The notes under the pieces: model-generated | Seen by the model: only the letters and a program-made list of their open reading frames with translations | Databases searched by the model: none | Told to the model about the DNA's origin: nothing | Made by a program: the position numbers and the translations under genes | Origin: Candidatus Moanibacter sp. | GTDB taxonomy: Bacteria > Verrucomicrobiota > Verrucomicrobiia > Opitutales > UBA2987 | Assembly (NCBI GenBank): GCA_965215885.1 | Contig: CBDCEW010000047.1 | Location: 1 to 58,928 of the forward strand | DNA length: 58,928 nucleotides | Reading direction: 5' to 3' | Shown here: piece by piece, positions 39,959 through 51,376 of the stretch | Position numbering within the stretch: position 1 is the first letter of the stretch | Layout: the number at the start of each line of letters is the position of its first letter

Positions 39959-41875
39959 GACCCCATTCGAAAAGCCTTTCGAGCGGGCGGTTTAAGGTTC
40001 TCCGCCACGGGCGGACCAGCCTATGGCTGGCAGGTTTCGGGTTTTAGGCTGCCGGCGCTGCCGATGAGCAGGTATTGAGCGGCCATCGGCGTGGCTTGCT
40101 GCACAATACGTATATTTGCCGCTGTCTGGAGGCATACTCATCCCGTGGTGCTTTTTTCTCTGAGCTTCAAAGCGGTCAGATTCAGGCTGCCTGTTCCAGT
40201 TCCTCCCCTCGGCGTTTCTTCATCAGTATGATGCGGCAGAAGTTGTAGGCCAGAACCTTCTCGAGCAGTTCATCGCCTACCGCATCGATGCCGCGGCGGC
40301 CGAGTTCGCCAAAGGCAAATCCATCTTTAATCGTGAACATCAGCGACTCCACTGCGGAGCGATCGCGGCGTGCCTCGCGATACGCCTCGCTCTCCCAGTC
40401 CTCGGGGGTGGTCAACTTCTTGCCCTTCGCCCCACTGATACTGATCTGCTTTACCCCCATGCTCAGCACCTCCTTGCGTCCCTTCGCCGAAGCATATCCG
40501 TCATCGGTGCTGACCAGTTCAGCAATGACACCGGTGCGCTTGATCGAATCGCCGATGGCCGGCGCCAGCTCAATGGAGTCTGCCGCGTTGCCTTGCGGTA
40601 CGATCAGGCTGGTGACAAAACCGTTTTCGCTGCGAACCAGTTGTGGCTTGTACCCGATCACTGGATTGCGGCTGCCCTTCTTGATGTAGGCCGCCGATCC
40701 GTCCGAGAGGCTCAGGACCTTCTGTGTGGACGGTAGCTTCTTTTCGTGAAACACCCGATCATGAGCATACTCAACAACCCGCTTGGCGTCGGCAATATCG
40801 CCCCTGATCTGGCTCAATGCCCGCTCCAGAAGCTCCCAGCGAGTGGGAGGCAGTGAATCCATCGACAGGCCCTCTTCAAGATGGCTCAGTTCCCCCGTTA
40901 GTGAGTCGGCCGCCTTGCGGCCCCGCTTGAGCAACCGCCGGTAGTGTTTCTTCAGCTTGCCCTTCGACTTCGGTTTGCCCGCGGCCAGACAAATCTGAAA
41001 CTCCAGCTTGTCCATTTCCTCCAGCCAACGCCCAACCCATCCCTTGCGAAAATCCTCCAGCCCGAAGACATGCAACTTCTGACCCAAACGATTGGCCCGC
41101 ATCAAAAGACCGCTCAGAATCTTCCCATCGGTGGGCCAGCAGCTGTTTGCTTTCACCGAGGTGCTGTCGATCGTCAGCTTCCCGAAATCGTCCCATTGCT
41201 CCTGGAGGATAAACCCAATCTGTTTATCAAAGATCAACTCGCGGGTCGTATGGCTGACCAGGTTCACGTTCTCCAGAATCGTCGTCACCGCCGGCATTCT
41301 CAGTCCCCCGCTCTGCAAAAATCCGTACAAGCTCATCGACTCGCGCACAAACCGCCGTGCCGGTTTCGTGGTCAACGAACCCAGAAACCCTCGAATCATC
41401 ACGAACACGTATACCGCATAAGCCGGCATCCGCGGCCGGCCTGCCCCAAGCTTCAATTCAGCAGCCAGAATATTCTCCTCCTCGATGTCCAGCTCCGGCA
41501 GCTCCGCTGTGCGCCCTTCAAAGAACCTTCGATCTTCCAATCGAAGTTTCTTCTTCTCACGCGCATGGGCGTCCAGATCCTTCTCGATCGCCTCGATGAT
41601 TTGCGCCGCGAACCCGGCCAATTCTTCAACTTCATCCAGAAAATCACGGAAATCCGTGTCTGGAACCGGCAGAATGAGGTTGCTAAGGGGCGTCTTATCG
41701 CTTTTGTTCTCCTCTGTCGCACATGTTGGCATGTTTAACTCCTTTCTTAATCTTAGGTTGTTAAACACTAGCATGTTGCGACACTTTTTATCAAGCCAAA
41801 AAATGATTTTTCTCAAGTTTTTCTTGCGCCTTTTGCGCCTCTTTGCGGCCAATCAGTAGCTTTTCGGATAAGGTC
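39959..41875 (-). mobile_element. IS5/ISNCY-like IS, copy 2
   Basis: Inverted near-identical copy of 10483-12399, TA on both sides. Confidence 0.9.
40182..41732 (-). CDS. DDE transposase, IS5/ISNCY-like, copy 2
   Basis: A few substitutions relative to copy 1. Confidence 0.85.
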   Translation of the reverse strand: MPTCATEENKSDKTPLSNLILPVPDTDFRDFLDEVEELAGFAAQIIEAIEKDLDAHAREKKKLRLEDRRFFEGRTAELPELDIEEENILAAELKLGAGRPRMPAYAVYVFVMIRGFLGSLTTKPARRFVRESMSLYGFLQSGGLRMPAVTTILENVNLVSHTTRELIFDKQIGFILQEQWDDFGKLTIDSTSVKANSCWPTDGKILSGLLMRANRLGQKLHVFGLEDFRKGWVGRWLEEMDKLEFQICLAAGKPKSKGKLKKHYRRLLKRGRKAADSLTGELSHLEEGLSMDSLPPTRWELLERALSQIRGDIADAKRVVEYAHDRVFHEKKLPSTQKVLSLSDGSAAYIKKGSRNPVIGYKPQLVRSENGFVTSLIVPQGNAADSIELAPAIGDSIKRTGVIAELVSTDDGYASAKGRKEVLSMGVKQISISGAKGKKLTTPEDWESEAYREARRDRSAVESLMFTIKDGFAFGELGRRGIDAVGDELLEKVLAYNFCRIILMKKRRGEELEQAA

Positions 41876-42139
41876 TATCTAGTCGAGTGGTCGAAGCGAA
41901 GAAAGAAATCCTTGCCGGTAAAGGTGATTGATGAGGGCCTCGAGCGAATCAAGAGCTATACCAAAGAGTCCGGAATCGTTTTAGGGAGACATGTAAATGA
42001 CAAAATGGGTGCCTGGAACGGGAAGTCGTTTCCTCTGCTGAAATCGGTCAGTGGGGTTGGCAAAGTGTCGCCGCATCTCACCAGGCAGTTGAACGTGGTG
42101 CTGGCTGCGGTTCGCCCTTGCTAAGGCGTTTGAGGCTTT

Positions 42140-42571
42140 GTGGGTCAAAGAAAGGCAATTATGGAAGATGAAAATGTAGAAACGCTTCGAGAGGCATACC
42201 AGCTCTGGAACGACAGCAAAGCTGACAGCGTCTCGCGATGGATGAGTTTGCTCGCAGACGACGTTCAATGGAGTTCTATTGCTGATGGGTCTCCGGGAAT
42301 GGAGTTTTCTCAGGCATGCTGCTCGAAGGACGATGTCGCACGCTATTTCGAGGTGATGGTTAAAGAGTGGGAGATGATTCACTATACCGTTGACGAGTTC
42401 ATCGCACAAAATGATCGCGTTGTCGTGCTTGGTCGTTGCGGTTGGAGGCACAAAGGAACTTCAAAAGTCGTAGAAACACCCAAGGCTGATATCATTCGGA
42501 TGAAGGATTCGAAGATTACTGAATTCTACGAATTCTATGACACCGCTAAGGCGTTCGAGGCCTCAAGATGA
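42140..42571 (+). CDS. SnoaL/NTF2-like protein (start may be 42161)
   Basis: LLADDVQW, FIAQNDRVVVLG, ITEFYEFYDT. Confidence 0.85.
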   Translation: MGQRKAIMEDENVETLREAYQLWNDSKADSVSRWMSLLADDVQWSSIADGSPGMEFSQACCSKDDVARYFEVMVKEWEMIHYTVDEFIAQNDRVVVLGRCGWRHKGTSKVVETPKADIIRMKDSKITEFYEFYDTAKAFEASR

Positions 42572-42700
42572 GGTCAATTTCGCGATAGTAATAGTCAATT
42601 AAATGGGGGCTACGTTGTATCCGTGTCGCTTTATAGCGACGATTTCTTACTTGCCTCTCATAAAAACCACCGTTAAACTCCATACCGCTGCCATGGCGGA

Positions 42701-43987
42701 ATGAAAAGTGACACGCAAAGAAACTATATCTATGGGATCGATTTCGGGACGAGTAATTCGGCGGTCGCCGTCTGGAACGTAGCCGAGCGCTCGATATTCG
42801 AACACCCTGGGCTTACCGGATCTCAACCCTCTCTGCTCTATTTCCCATGGGCGAGATCTCTTTCCAGTCAATTGGATCGGGTCTATCTGGGTCGCGATGC
42901 AGTTGAGCGATACGTCGCCGACAATATGGACGGCCGACTGCTACAAGCGATCAAAACAGTGCTTCCGGACAAGTCGTTCACGAGTACGATGATCAATGGA
43001 ATTACCTATTCCATCGAAGACTTTATCGCGATCATTATTCGAAACCTTAAGGAGAGAGCAGATGCGGTAACAGGATGCGATATTCGGCAGGCTGTTGTAG
43101 GCCGTCCTGCCGTTTTCAGCGAGGATCCGGAAAGGGAGCATCTGGCGGTGGGGCGGCTGGAGAAAGCGGCCAGGTTGGCAGGATTCGACGAAATTCGCTT
43201 CGTCTTTGAACCGGTTGCGGCAGCGTTATCCAAGGGTGAAACGGTTCTGGTCGGTGATCTTGGAGGCGGGACATCGGACTTCACGATTATCCGGTTGGAT
43301 CCAGACAGGCGAGACAAGCGCAACCGCCGGGCCGACGTCCTGGCAACCTTCGGCGTTTCGGTCGCTGGAAATCGGCTCGACGCCGATATTATGTGGCACC
43401 GGTTGACCCCTCGTTTCGGACGGGGCGCCAGTTATCAGGAATACTCTGGAGGACCGATTCTCAAAGCACTCACTTTTCCCCATCACGAGATTTGCCGATG
43501 GGATCGCATTCCGTTCCTCGCAAAAGATAAGAAGTTGATGGAAACGATACGAAAGATGAGTGTCCGGTCGACGAATCGAATGGGATTTTCAATGCTTCAG
43601 ACCTTGATCAGGAGGAATTTGGGATTTGCGCTTTTTCAGGAAATTGAGAAAACGAAGATCGCACTAACGGAATGCGATGCCGCCAGACTGATCTTCAATG
43701 GCGATGAAATTTCACTCGGCGAATTCATCACCCTGACTCACTTCAATCACTATACGGAAAGTGCGCGATCCGCGATCAGTAGCGCTTTGGACGAGGTCTT
43801 GATTCGAGCCGGCTGTCGCGATAGTGATATTGATGCCATCTTCTTGACTGGCGGCAGTTCCCTTGTCCGCGATATCCGCAACCTCTTTACGAAAAAATTC
43901 GGTGAAGAGAGAATCCGCACAGGAGACACCTTTACCTCGGTCGCCAAAGGATTAGCTTTCAGCGCTCCGTTCGAATATGGTGAATGA
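42701..43987 (+). CDS. Hsp70-family protein, YegD-like
   Basis: GIDFGTSNS, VVGRPAVF, EPVAAA, DLGGGTSDF, LTGGSS, SVAKGL. Confidence 0.85.
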   Translation: MKSDTQRNYIYGIDFGTSNSAVAVWNVAERSIFEHPGLTGSQPSLLYFPWARSLSSQLDRVYLGRDAVERYVADNMDGRLLQAIKTVLPDKSFTSTMINGITYSIEDFIAIIIRNLKERADAVTGCDIRQAVVGRPAVFSEDPEREHLAVGRLEKAARLAGFDEIRFVFEPVAAALSKGETVLVGDLGGGTSDFTIIRLDPDRRDKRNRRADVLATFGVSVAGNRLDADIMWHRLTPRFGRGASYQEYSGGPILKALTFPHHEICRWDRIPFLAKDKKLMETIRKMSVRSTNRMGFSMLQTLIRRNLGFALFQEIEKTKIALTECDAARLIFNGDEISLGEFITLTHFNHYTESARSAISSALDEVLIRAGCRDSDIDAIFLTGGSSLVRDIRNLFTKKFGEERIRTGDTFTSVAKGLAFSAPFEYGE

Positions 43988-44242
43988 AGTAGAGCTATCT
44001 GCGCTTCGAAAAGCTCCCGCTTTCCGCTACTTGTCGCTACTACGAATGGTCCTGAGCTCAAGAATCGGCAGAAGGGTGTCTGTCCTGTCTTGGGCGAGTA
44101 CGCTCAATCGGAAGCTATATTTTTGCGAGTCTGTAGCGGAAAGCGGAAGCTTTTCGTGCATGCAGTTGCGAGCGAGATTGTTTCGATTGTATCCTCATAG
44201 AGAAGATGCACACTTAGATAATAGGCCTGACCACTTCGCCAC

Positions 44243-45340
44243 ATGGCATCGGATTCCGATAGAAAGCAGTTGCGGCTAGCGTTAAATCGGGCGCTGGAGA
44301 TCGTCGATTTTCCTCTGTTTGAGATATCCGATGAGTGGAAACGGATCGGATCGGGCGCCTGGCACGATGCCTATTTGATTTCCTTCCAAGGATACGATCC
44401 AATGGTTATCCGGCTTCGGAAACGGAAGATCTACGGAAAAGAGGAGACTTGGAATCTCGAAGAACTCCATAGCGATTACGCCCCGGTTGGCCTATACTAC
44501 CGAGAGGCAAATCGTTGCCTGCCCGGTATCTGTCCCATGGTTTATAGATATCACATTGAGCCCGGATTTTCGTTCACTTTCGAATCGTATGTTCCCGGTG
44601 TTCCTTTGCCCCTGAGTGAACTATCAATCCATCAGGCGACTGCACTTGGCATCCGAGTCGGAGATTTTTCTAAGGCGATGCACAGGCAACCCGCTCCAAT
44701 TGGCGGAACCGGTGAAATGATTTGGAAATCCGGAAATGTTAAGTGCAACGGGGCATCCAAGTTGAGTGATCATTGGACCTCACTTGAGAAACGAATCTAC
44801 GAGCAGGTCGAAGACCCTGGATTCAGATCGACCACATCAGAAGGGTTTTCTATGAAGGAAAAGGTCGCTGATGCGCTCGGCACAATGAGAGGTTGTGGCG
44901 AACCGGTCAGCCTGTTGAACGGCGACGTCACTCCAGAGAATCTACTCACGCGAAACCTGAATTGGGTTGGGCTTGTCGATCCAGTGCCAATTCAAGGTAG
45001 CGGACTGTACTATGCAGCATTCTTTCTGCACTGTTATCGACTCTGCTTACCGGCATTGAGTCGGGCGCCAAGATACCGGGCGCATCGTTTCGACAAGCAC
45101 GCCGATTTGCTGGCCACTCTTGCGGACGGCTATGCCACAGCCTACTCTGATGGGGGCGCCGACATTCTCGCCCTTCTGCGAATGGCTGAATGGCTCTGGG
45201 CACTTGAGTTTGCCTGGGAATGCCATAGCCTGCTGAAATCGAGATTGGACACAGAGAACCGTCTCAGACGGGGAAACAAGCGAGCCATTCGCAGCGCCTT
45301 TAAGATGGCGGTAAACAGGTTAAAGGAGATTGATTGGTAA
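44243..45340 (+). CDS. Phosphotransferase/kinase-like protein
   Basis: IGSGAW, LLNGDVTPENLL, GLVDP. Confidence 0.6.
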   Translation: MASDSDRKQLRLALNRALEIVDFPLFEISDEWKRIGSGAWHDAYLISFQGYDPMVIRLRKRKIYGKEETWNLEELHSDYAPVGLYYREANRCLPGICPMVYRYHIEPGFSFTFESYVPGVPLPLSELSIHQATALGIRVGDFSKAMHRQPAPIGGTGEMIWKSGNVKCNGASKLSDHWTSLEKRIYEQVEDPGFRSTTSEGFSMKEKVADALGTMRGCGEPVSLLNGDVTPENLLTRNLNWVGLVDPVPIQGSGLYYAAFFLHCYRLCLPALSRAPRYRAHRFDKHADLLATLADGYATAYSDGGADILALLRMAEWLWALEFAWECHSLLKSRLDTENRLRRGNKRAIRSAFKMAVNRLKEIDW

Positions 45341-45473
45341 ACAGTGTAGCGAAAGGGTCAGGCTTATTATATTTGTGTCGGAAGAAGAGAATCGCCTTTG
45401 GTCCGGATCTAGGTAGTGCTATGGAGGCGGAATATGGGATCTCTCTAATAGGACCGGAAAGAATCGGTGTCGA

Positions 45474-46100
45474 TTGCAGCCTTTTAAAAACAAGACTTAT
45501 ACAAATATACGAAGCCTGACCCCATCCCGAGAGCTCATAATTGCCCAACTTGAGGCGTATCAAGGCCATTGGAGGATCGAGTCGGATACGACGAAGCGAT
45601 TCATTGATTTTGTACTGGCTAATCCGGACTGTTTCGAAAGGAGTCTCAAGATTGGGCACGTCACCGGGTCAGCGTGGGTCGTGAATAACGATGGAACTCA
45701 TGTATTGTTGACTCACCACAGAAAACTGAATCGGTGGATGCAACTCGGTGGACACGCTGACGGAAATCCGGACGTTCTTCATGTTGCATTGCGTGAGGCA
45801 AGCGAAGAGTCAGGACTGGTGGAAATAGAACCTTTGAGTGGGGAAATCTTCGATATCGACATTCATCGCATCCCTAAACGCGGAAACGAGTCTGAGCACG
45901 ACCACTATGACGTGAGATTTGCCATGCAGACGGTAGGAAGCGAAGCTTATCTGGTCAGCGATGAGTCTTACAATTTGGGTTGGATTAGAATAGAAGATCT
46001 AGCTCAAGTGACTGACGAAGAATCCATGTTTCGGATGGCACGCAAGTGGAAAACGGGATCGTGCCCGGAGCGCCCGATCGACCAGTATCAAAGAAACTAG
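45474..46100 (+). CDS. NUDIX hydrolase
   Basis: GHVTGSAW, HHRKLNRWMQLGGHADG, REASEESGL, HYDVRF. Confidence 0.9.
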   Translation: MQPFKNKTYTNIRSLTPSRELIIAQLEAYQGHWRIESDTTKRFIDFVLANPDCFERSLKIGHVTGSAWVVNNDGTHVLLTHHRKLNRWMQLGGHADGNPDVLHVALREASEESGLVEIEPLSGEIFDIDIHRIPKRGNESEHDHYDVRFAMQTVGSEAYLVSDESYNLGWIRIEDLAQVTDEESMFRMARKWKTGSCPERPIDQYQRN

Positions 46101-46246
46101 TGGTGGAACGGTCCCTCCGGGAACGTTCGTATCATCATTTCGTATAGGAACAGTCAATCTCTGCCAAATTGGCGAAACAGTTAGATGCAGGGTGCCCGGC
46201 ACGCCGGGACGGGTATTTATCATTGGAGGGTATTAGGGAGGTATAT

Positions 46247-46805
46247 ATGCAAACATGGAAAATTATCGAATCCGAGTATCTCATTCGCAGCAGGTGGCTC
46301 ACTGTTCGCGCAGACAACTGTGAGAGACCGGATTGGTCTCAGGATAGATCCCTACTATGTTCTCGAGTATTCAGACTGGGTGCATGTAGTCGCGCTCGAC
46401 GCAGACGATCATGTGCTGATCACGCTACAGTATCGTCACGCCATCGGCAAAGTGTGCGCGGAATTGCCGGGCGGTATTGTCGAACCGAATGAGGCTCCTC
46501 TCGCCACCGCTCGACGAGAGCTTCGAGAAGAGACCGGTTGCACGGCCGAGAGATTCCTGCCATTGCCCAAACTGCACCCGAATCCGGCTACCCATACGAA
46601 CAGGTTTCATTGTTTTCTAGCTACTGGGGTGGTCATTGACAGCGAACCGACCCTCGACGAGACAGAAGAAATCACGTTCGAGTTCCTGACCGTTTCTAAA
46701 GTGTTTGAATTGATCAATACTGGCGAATTTTCCCAGGGACTTCATGTCGCAAGCCTTATGCTCGGCCTCAAGAAGCGGGGTTTGTTGAAGATCACGACCG
46801 CATAG
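46247..46805 (+). CDS. NUDIX hydrolase (ADP-ribose pyrophosphatase-like), one frameshift
   Basis: QYRHA, ELPGGIVEPNEAPLATARRELREETG. Confidence 0.85.
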
Positions 46806-46807
46806 CC

Positions 46808-47618
46808 ATGATCACACAAAGCCGACTTGTGACGGATCTCAGGGCCTTGGGAATACAGGAAGATGACATAGTGATGATCCATGCCTCCCTTCGGTCGGTG
46901 GGCACCATATTGGGCAGGCCCGGACGCACTCATAGGCGCTCTGCTTGCTGCGGTGGGTCCGGGCGGCACGATCATGGCTTATACAGACTGGCAGGATGGC
47001 GTTCATCACATTACATGCTGCGATGCTTCGGAGAGCGAGAGAGTTGCTATGCTCGAGGAACTTCCTCCCTTTGACCCGACCACCTCGCGAGCGCGACGCA
47101 CTTTTGGGATTTTCCCCGAATTTCTAAGAACTCATCGGGAGTCGGTGCGCAGCGGAATTCCGGATGCTTCAGTTTGCGCGGTTGGCGCGAGAGCGCAATG
47201 GCTGTGTAAAGATCATCCCCTTCAGTATGGGTACGGCCCTGGTTCACCCTTAGCAAAACTGGTCGAAGCGTCGGGTAAAGTTCTTCTTATCGGTTCGCCG
47301 CTCGATGCTGTGACGTTACTCCACTACTCCGAACATATGGCTCAGGTGCCCGGCAAGCGTATCATTCGCTATCGTGAACCAATCCTGTTCGCCGATCGGA
47401 AGCAGTGGGTGGAGATTGAAGAGTTTGACACGGGCGATCCGGTGATTTCCGCCGCGCCCGAGGATTATTTTGAGGATATTGTCCGAGGATACCTATCTCT
47501 GGATGGCAGCGATACTGGTCCAATTGGGAATGCAAAATCCTACCTGCTGGACGCCTCGCGGCTACACACATTCGCGGTCGAATGGATGGAGAAGGAATAC
47601 GGAGTGAAATCGGACTGA
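46808..47618 (+). CDS. aac(3): Aminoglycoside 3-N-acetyltransferase family, one frameshift
   Basis: IHASLRSVG, VGPGGTIMAY, YGYGPGSPLAKL, VLLIG, TLLHYSE. Confidence 0.85.
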
Positions 47619-47918
47619 GCTTCTGTTACTCTGAAAGCTAATCCAGAGAGAGATAGGTGGAATCTTCCCTGATCCTGGATCACCGCACCTCCCTTCGGTC
47701 GACTCGCGATGACACTGTTCAATGCATGGCGCCGCGTCGCGTACACGATGACACACTCCAGAGGACCGCTGTTCTGGGGACCTCGCCACCGTCTTCCGAT
47801 CGAAACCCTTTGGTCGTATTTGTAGACACTGTGAACGGAGTCTGGGGCCGGCCAAACGATACATATTCGCCATGCGTTATCTTGCGTCCATTCAATTTTC
47901 GATAGGGAATGCAGGGTA

Positions 47919-48536
47919 ATGGGAGACCTTCTGGAAATTTCGAGAGAGATACGTAGCCTTGCTCAGACAGGGCGATCCTATTCTCAAGACGCCTATGATC
48001 TAGACAGGTACGCGCGACTGGAGGCGATCGCTTCAGAGCTTCTTTCCCGGGGATCTGAATTACAGAATTTCTGTTGGCCGGTTGAAACTGGATACCCCAC
48101 ACCGAAAGTCGATGTCCGCGGCTTTGTCTTCAGAGACGATCAACGCCTCATGGTTCACGAAGCATCCTCAAGTAAATGGTCAGTTCCCGGGGGTTGGGCG
48201 GATGTGAATCTTACCCCGGCCGAGAACGTTGAGAGAGAGTGCCTTGAGGAGACAGGATTCATTGTTAGAGCCGAGCGAATAATATCCGTGCTTGATCGAG
48301 ACCGAGCGGGTTATCCGCGGAATCCGGAGAGTATCTACAAGATTCATTTTCTTTGCAGGTTGCTGTCGGGTGAAGCGAGGCCGAATTTCGAAACTACCGA
48401 TGTCGGATTTTTTCATCCGGACAAGCTGCAGGAGATTGATGAAGGGCGCGTCCGTGTGCAGGACATTGCTGACGCGAGAGCGTGTTTGAAAGGCAATGAT
48501 AACGGTACCTGCTTTCAGAAGACCGAAGACGAATGA
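47919..48536 (+). CDS. NUDIX hydrolase with Nudix_N domain
   Basis: AQTG...YDLDRY, GYPTPKVDVRG, PGGWAD, ERECLEETG. Confidence 0.9.
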   Translation: MGDLLEISREIRSLAQTGRSYSQDAYDLDRYARLEAIASELLSRGSELQNFCWPVETGYPTPKVDVRGFVFRDDQRLMVHEASSSKWSVPGGWADVNLTPAENVERECLEETGFIVRAERIISVLDRDRAGYPRNPESIYKIHFLCRLLSGEARPNFETTDVGFFHPDKLQEIDEGRVRVQDIADARACLKGNDNGTCFQKTEDE

Positions 48537-48882
48537 TTGCAGATCACTCCGGCACCCATTTTCGCACGAGGCGATACTGAGGTGAACAAAACCGGGGTGG
48601 CGAGCAAGCAAAGGCCTGTCATAAATTGTACATGGGACAAACACCGCCTAACCCGCTCGGAACTCGATCGTCGCACCTCCAGTCTACTCTGATTCCGGTG
48701 AAAAACCCCCACGTTCCTGTCCCGATTGGCGGGACGGCTACTCTGCCGTACGGCAGAGTAAGTCGTTGATATTTGTAGCCGCGATCGCAAGAACGTAGTC
48801 GAGGATTACGAAACAAGGACTTTTTCAGCCGAATTAACTGAAAAATGAACAACAGGAAACCCGGAAACTGGCAATAACCTGC

Positions 48883-51327
48883 ATGGGGAGCCTCCCTCAG
48901 CATATCCGTTATTCTTTCGTGATGATGATAAAGTCGCCGGTTTCTTCGGTCCTGGCGGTCGTCGCCCTCGCTCTCGGCATAGGCTTGGTGACAGCACTGT
49001 TTACGATCGTCAAGGGAGCTCTCTATTCCGATCTTCCCTATCCTGAATCGGATCGAGTGTTCATGGTCCGATATGATCCTGACAGCCTGGAGAAGCACTT
49101 CTCGGTTCAGCAGGATTCGCGACTGCGATTCGAGGATTTCCGCGACTTTCGGAGACACCAGACCGGGTTTGAAGCCCTTTCCTGCTACTCCCGCGAACAG
49201 TTCAATGTCCTGATCGGCGAGAACCTGGTCAGCAGATCAGGAGTTCGAATTACGGCGAATCTTTTCGATCTGCTGAAGGTGCAACCTATTCTCGGCAGAG
49301 GTTTTGTTCCGGAAGACGATCTGCCGGGAGAGCCGTTGGTGGTTTTGGTGGGCTACAAGCTTTGGATAAGCGAGTTTGGCGGAGAGGATAAAGTCATCGG
49401 CAAGTCCGTGATTATCGACGCTGAATCCTACACTGTTGTCGGCGTCATGCCGCAAGGCTTCAGATTTCCTAGTCACCACGATATATGGATTCCGATCCGA
49501 GACCATGGCATCAAGGAAAAGAGGGAAGAATCCTTACGATTCGATGTCGTAGGAAGGCTAAAAAGAGAAAACGCGATTGAGAAAGCTCTGGACGAGTTTG
49601 ACAGCATAGCGCTTCATCTCAGCGAAAAGCATCCTGTTGCAAACGAGGGGAGAACGAAAATGCAGATTCTTCGCTTCACCGACGCACAGGTCGGAAAGGA
49701 GATAAGGAAGATACTTTACGCATTGTTAGCTTCCTCTGCCCTCGTTTTGGTGATCGCGTGTGCAAATGTCTCTAACCTCTTTCTGGTTCGAGCTTCTCAA
49801 AGGAGCAAAGAGCTGGCCATTCGCTCATCCTTGGGGGCGAGGGGTATCGACGTAATAGCCCAAATGCTGGCCGAATGCCTTGTCCTCTGTTTTCTAGGAG
49901 CTGTAATTGGGAGCACGATCGCATTCGCAGCGGAATCCTACCTCGATGTTTTCTTTGATGTTGAGTCTTTTCCATTCTGGTGGGATTTTGGGGTCGATTT
50001 GCGGGTGCTTGCCTTTGTTATAGCCGTCACCCTCATCGCCACTCTGTTGGCAGGTTTGGTGCCCGCTCTTCGAGCCACCCGGAGCGATCTGAATGCGATA
50101 TTGAAAGACGATGCGCGGACTTCGTCCGGCCTTTTTATTGGGCGTCTCAGCAAATTCTCGGTAGTTGTTCAGATCGCACTGTCATGCTCCCTGCTCGTGG
50201 CATGTGGAGCACTTCTGGGCACCGTGGCGGATATCGACGATCTGCTTCCGTTCGATCCAGGCACCGTCTTGACCATATATGTAGAACTGCCGGCGAACCA
50301 GTACGACTACCCGCAAGCTTCCGCCTTCTTTGACCGCTTGCTGGTAAAACTTAAAGAAGTACCGGGAGTGAAGAGTGCCGGTTCAACGTCGGCCTTTGCC
50401 GTTCTCGGCGCCGGGCATGACCGTATGGTTATTGAAGGAGAACCGTATTCATCCGCAGATGAGCATTTGATGTTGAAGAGCGAGAACGTATCCATGAGCT
50501 ACTTTCCGGCATTGGAAGTTCCGATCCTTATTGGGAGAAATTTCCGAATGACGGACACACTCGATTCCGAAAATGTGGTGATTGTGAACAGGGGCTTTAT
50601 GGAGAGACACTTTAACAACGAGAACCCGATTGGTCGTCGTATCCGCAAGGGTAAGAATCCGGAGGATCCATGGAAGAGGATAATCGGAGTTGTGCCGGTG
50701 ATAAGGCAGCCGACCGAAACAGAAGACGTGTCAGAAACCGGGGGTGCCGCGGGCTTTTACCGTTTCGTCCGTCAGTATGAGGGTCCCAGTCACAGGCATA
50801 GAACTGTATTTGTGCGTACTTCGGGCGACCCATATAAGCTTTCGGCCAAAGTGCAGGGTGCAATTCGTGATCTTGATCCGATGATTGCATCTGGCTGGCT
50901 CAAGACAGTGGATGATTCCTGGAAGGAATGGACAGGATTCTTCCGTTTTCTCTCAAGCATTTTTTGGATTTTCGGTATCAGTGCGGTGTCACTGGCCGGT
51001 ATCGGTGTCTACGGGCTGGTGTACTTTTCGATCGAACAGAGCAGCCGCGATATCGGCATTCGTCTGGCATTGGGAGCGAACCACCTGAGGATTCTGTCAA
51101 TGTATCTGAAACGGGATATTGTTCAGATCACGATCGCTCTGTGCCTGGGTTGCATGATGGGGTACTATCTATCCAACCTGATGATGGAAATAATCGGCCA
51201 GCATTTTGTTTTGAAAGTCGATCCCTATGCCATGGCGATTGCCCTGATGATTTCAGTGGCTCTCTCCGCCACGGCATTCCCCGTGCTTCGAAAGAGTCGA
51301 GTCCTACCCATGGTGATCTTGAAGTGA
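48883..51327 (+). CDS. Duplicated MacB/FtsX-type ABC permease (ADOP-like)
   Basis: LALGIG, LLKVQPILGRGF, IACANVSNL, ELAIRSSLGA, GVYGL, DIGIRLALGA. Confidence 0.9.
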   Translation: MGSLPQHIRYSFVMMIKSPVSSVLAVVALALGIGLVTALFTIVKGALYSDLPYPESDRVFMVRYDPDSLEKHFSVQQDSRLRFEDFRDFRRHQTGFEALSCYSREQFNVLIGENLVSRSGVRITANLFDLLKVQPILGRGFVPEDDLPGEPLVVLVGYKLWISEFGGEDKVIGKSVIIDAESYTVVGVMPQGFRFPSHHDIWIPIRDHGIKEKREESLRFDVVGRLKRENAIEKALDEFDSIALHLSEKHPVANEGRTKMQILRFTDAQVGKEIRKILYALLASSALVLVIACANVSNLFLVRASQRSKELAIRSSLGARGIDVIAQMLAECLVLCFLGAVIGSTIAFAAESYLDVFFDVESFPFWWDFGVDLRVLAFVIAVTLIATLLAGLVPALRATRSDLNAILKDDARTSSGLFIGRLSKFSVVVQIALSCSLLVACGALLGTVADIDDLLPFDPGTVLTIYVELPANQYDYPQASAFFDRLLVKLKEVPGVKSAGSTSAFAVLGAGHDRMVIEGEPYSSADEHLMLKSENVSMSYFPALEVPILIGRNFRMTDTLDSENVVIVNRGFMERHFNNENPIGRRIRKGKNPEDPWKRIIGVVPVIRQPTETEDVSETGGAAGFYRFVRQYEGPSHRHRTVFVRTSGDPYKLSAKVQGAIRDLDPMIASGWLKTVDDSWKEWTGFFRFLSSIFWIFGISAVSLAGIGVYGLVYFSIEQSSRDIGIRLALGANHLRILSMYLKRDIVQITIALCLGCMMGYYLSNLMMEIIGQHFVLKVDPYAMAIALMISVALSATAFPVLRKSRVLPMVILK

Positions 51328-51376
51328 GGATGGCTTTGTTCGATCTTCTCCGATTAGTACCGTGGAGAAATAATCG

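Noticed and set aside
10483..41875. Composite transposon or inversion bounded by the two IS5-like copies
   Set aside because: A TA duplication is uninformative; copy 2 flanks rejoin with each other, and swapping flanks does not rebuild the amidase
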